Made by a program: the position numbers and the translations under genes. Below are positions 61,065 to 64,000 of a stretch of 64,000 nucleotides of DNA, piece after piece. The stretch lies in NCBI GenBank assembly GCA_964187785.1, contig OZ076415.1, positions 49,662,001 to 49,726,000 on the forward strand, given 5' to 3'. The DNA is from Amphiscolops sp. MND2022. Lineage: Eukaryota. The first letter of the stretch is position 1; every line of letters starts with the position of its first letter. The notes beneath the pieces are model-generated. The model saw nothing but the letters and a program-made list of their open reading frames with translations, did not search any database and was not told the DNA's origin.

Positions 61065-64000
61065 AAATTAGTGCAATAGCAGGACAACGAAGAAGAAAGT
61101 TGCTGATTCATAGAAACTGTCAGCTCGCTGTTTTTGAAAAACAACTACTATGTCTCCGTTTTCTAACCGTTCGGTATTCTGGTACGAATTTAGCTATTTT
61201 GGTATTTTCGAAAGACTCAGTGAATATTTGCTTCATGCCCTTCACGTCCGTAAAACGAGTTGCCTCTCCGGAGTCGAATTATTTAGAATCGAAAATTGCA
61301 ACTGAAATTTCCAGGGTCGAATTATTCAGCATCGAATTTTACAGGGCACTATAGCAATGTTATAATATGAATGAAGTTTTCTTTCGATCCTACATAAAAT
61401 CAAGTCACAATTCGATCCTAAATAATTTCGCACATTTTTCGCTCCTACATAATTCGACTCTGTACAACAATCCCGCTAAAACAGGAGTTGCATCTCTAGG
61501 GTGGAATTACTCAGAATTGAAAATTGCAACATAATTGTGTTAGATGCCAATTATTGGAATATTATCAAGAATGGAATAAATTTAGTTATTGTTTGTTGTA
61601 TCACACACCACCAGAGCCCTCCAGGTCTACCTTCGTCAAAACCTGCCGCTGTTCAAGTAGCGGAACGTCACTATGCTTCGTTTGGCTCCTCTAATTCAGG
61701 CTCCAAAAAGTATGGATAACTTTTGTGGGAATTCTCAAGTATTTAAATCCTAAATACAATTAAAATACCTTTCGCATCTTTTTTTTCAATCTCGATAAGT
61801 CGACCGCTATCGCTAATTCAGGAAAACACGTACTTGGTATTGAAATATATAAAGTCTTGGTGTCTTCTTGAATCATCGATGTCGTCTTTTCAATGAAGAT
61901 CCCAATTTCACCATTTCAGTTTGTAATTCAATGTATCCATCTGTAGGATTTTTGACTTTTTAGCCTATCACATGATGTTTATTAAATTTTATGCCATCAG
62001 CAAGGTAGATGTTCCGGGTGTGATATCTTTGAAAGTAAAGATAACAGTAAGTACTTCAAGTACCTCGCCTCTTTGTTTAATGTCAATAATATTGTATTCC
62101 GTCCTGTTGACAACCAAAATAACCATTCGTTGCTGCAATGAAGCGACGTATTAATGCTACACGGCCGCCGCCACCACCCAGAACTAGGTATGAACTAGGT
62201 ATGTTATGGAATTTCTCGGCAACTTTTGCAAAAATATGAAAAATTAAAACGTATAAATGTTCCTATTAGACCTGACTGCCTGTTGAGTAAATTTTGGGGG
62301 CCTTCGAAGAACGATTTCCCCCAGAAAATGAACTTGAAGTCATCCTTAACTGTGAACAGATATTTAGTCAAATTGCTATGCTAATACATGTGTTTGAGGA
62401 AAAGCGAGAGTGAAAGCTCCGCTATGTTTGTGTGTTACGTATAGAATGCAACTCATTATAAGCGCGTCAGAAAGTGAAAGGAAAGAAATTGAGAATGCGC
62501 TGTGGGTGGCTGTACGCACAGCTAATAGGAGAACGGCCGTCGCACACTTTTGAATTATCCCACCTCTTAATACAAATCAAAAATCAAAACGCGATTTCTC
62601 GAAGATGCAAAAAGATATTAGCAAACAATTTTCAGCATTCGATAGCCCGTTCAATGGAGAGTTTACGTTGAGAATATGCGCTTCGTGCGACAACGAAAAC
62701 ATATTGAGAAGCTTTAAGAATTAGTTCTTATAAAATTTTGAATTTTGATTTTCCAAAAACGAGTTTCCTTTGAAAATTTAGTGTGATCGCTACAGTTGTC
62801 AAAAAACGTTCGGATATGGCTCAAACTAAAGATAAATGAATGTCCTACTTTGTGCGCCATGTGGAAAATAAATAATATTCAGTAGTTTTCGAGAACTGAG
62901 CCAGCAAACGATACAAATGGGCTTAAAATGACCAAAATAGCCGTTTTTCGCGTGTTATTGCTTAGTACTCAATGTGTAAGCGCACAATAGCCGCCCGCTT
63001 CACAGCGTACTTGAGAATTGAAGTGCAAGAGTGAATGAAATAAAAAACAGAGCGTTGCGGTGCGCTAGCGAAGAACCTCCAAAAATTTAATATTTAGATT
63101 TTTTCTTGCCAAGTGTCGACCTACCAAAGTGCTAACCCCCCCCCCCCCCCGACGTTTTGGGCGATATCAAACTAGAATTTTCAGGGTAGACACACACGAG
63201 TATGGCGTACAGCGTTTAGCAGAAGCTTTTTCCGAGAAGTGCCCTGGTTTCCAGAAATTGACCTCTAAAGTTGGAGGTCAGATCACCAAAATTGGCAAAA
63301 TGACTGTTTTCAGAAAAAGTGTTGCCAAACTTTGTTGAGGAAAGATAGAGATTTCATTTGAAATGCGAAATACTCCCAAAGGTTTGAGCAAAGTATATAA
63401 GCCCTCACGCTGTATCTTTTAAATTAAATGAGTACGAGCCCCTCAAAGTTGAGATTTGTGCAAAACTTAATGTGAAATTTGACTACCAAATTTTAGGGGC
63501 GTTTTTCACCATGAAGAAGTTGGAATAAAAAGCTAACTAAGAAGTACGTTTTTGTAGCCCTTAAATTGTACTTTCAAATTATGTACTTGGTTTGAGCCCT
63601 CCGGGATCGGAACACATCTAGTTTTTGCCCTTTAAATGTGAAACACGAAAATCGACTTTTCAGATTATGAATTAAAATCGCTTTAGGTCATTGTAAATTT
63701 TTTGGATGGTATTTCCTTCAGCCATATTTTGCTGAAAGGAGTTGTCAGAAGCCGTGTGGGAAAAAGAGACTTGCCAAAAAAAGCAAATGTCAATCAGTTA
63801 ACCGAAGTAAATGTCGTGATTACAAAAGTGGGAAAAATTGAGTCATTAACACCTCCCCTAAAATCTTATTGAAAACGAAGTAAACTCACTAGTTCTGATT
63901 GACAAGAAGGTGGAACCAGGACTGTCTCGGGCTGAGAAATTGTACTTCTGATGAACCTTCAGTGCCGAAGTAGGAAAAATTGTATTGCTCAACACTTAGT

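Noticed and set aside
62150-63900. DNA transposon with terminal inverted repeats
   Set aside because: I could not identify matching termini or any transposase motif by eye

Overview
AT-rich eukaryotic DNA, most likely an invertebrate (inference from the repeat repertoire). I found no clearly intact host gene and no prokaryotic features, and most ORF-track entries are antisense or out-of-frame products of decayed elements. Bases 1-36.8 kb are nested dead retrotransposons: two CR1/L2-type LINE families with APE endonuclease, CRE-type non-LTR elements with restriction-like endonuclease, and one Ty3/Gypsy element. These have been reshaped by at least five tandem duplications whose breakpoints ignore element boundaries: a 1103-bp unit x7 carrying a 2A-like DxExNPGP motif, then units of about 2.57, 3.99, 2.2 and 1.73 kb. 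The right half holds more Gypsy remnants, an ARM-like ORF, a tRNA-like SINE head, and several GC-richer, intronless, decayed coding tracts with no recognisable transposon motifs (37.8-41.0, 41.7-42.7, 54.9-55.95 and 56.75-59.73 kb). The best lead is a reconstructable ~990-codon pseudogene and a second, unrelated gene remnant 3.8 kb away. They share an ungapped 83-nt, 84%-identical leader ending exactly at their ATG. This fits, but does not prove, endogenised segments of a multipartite non-retroviral virus inside a TE graveyard.
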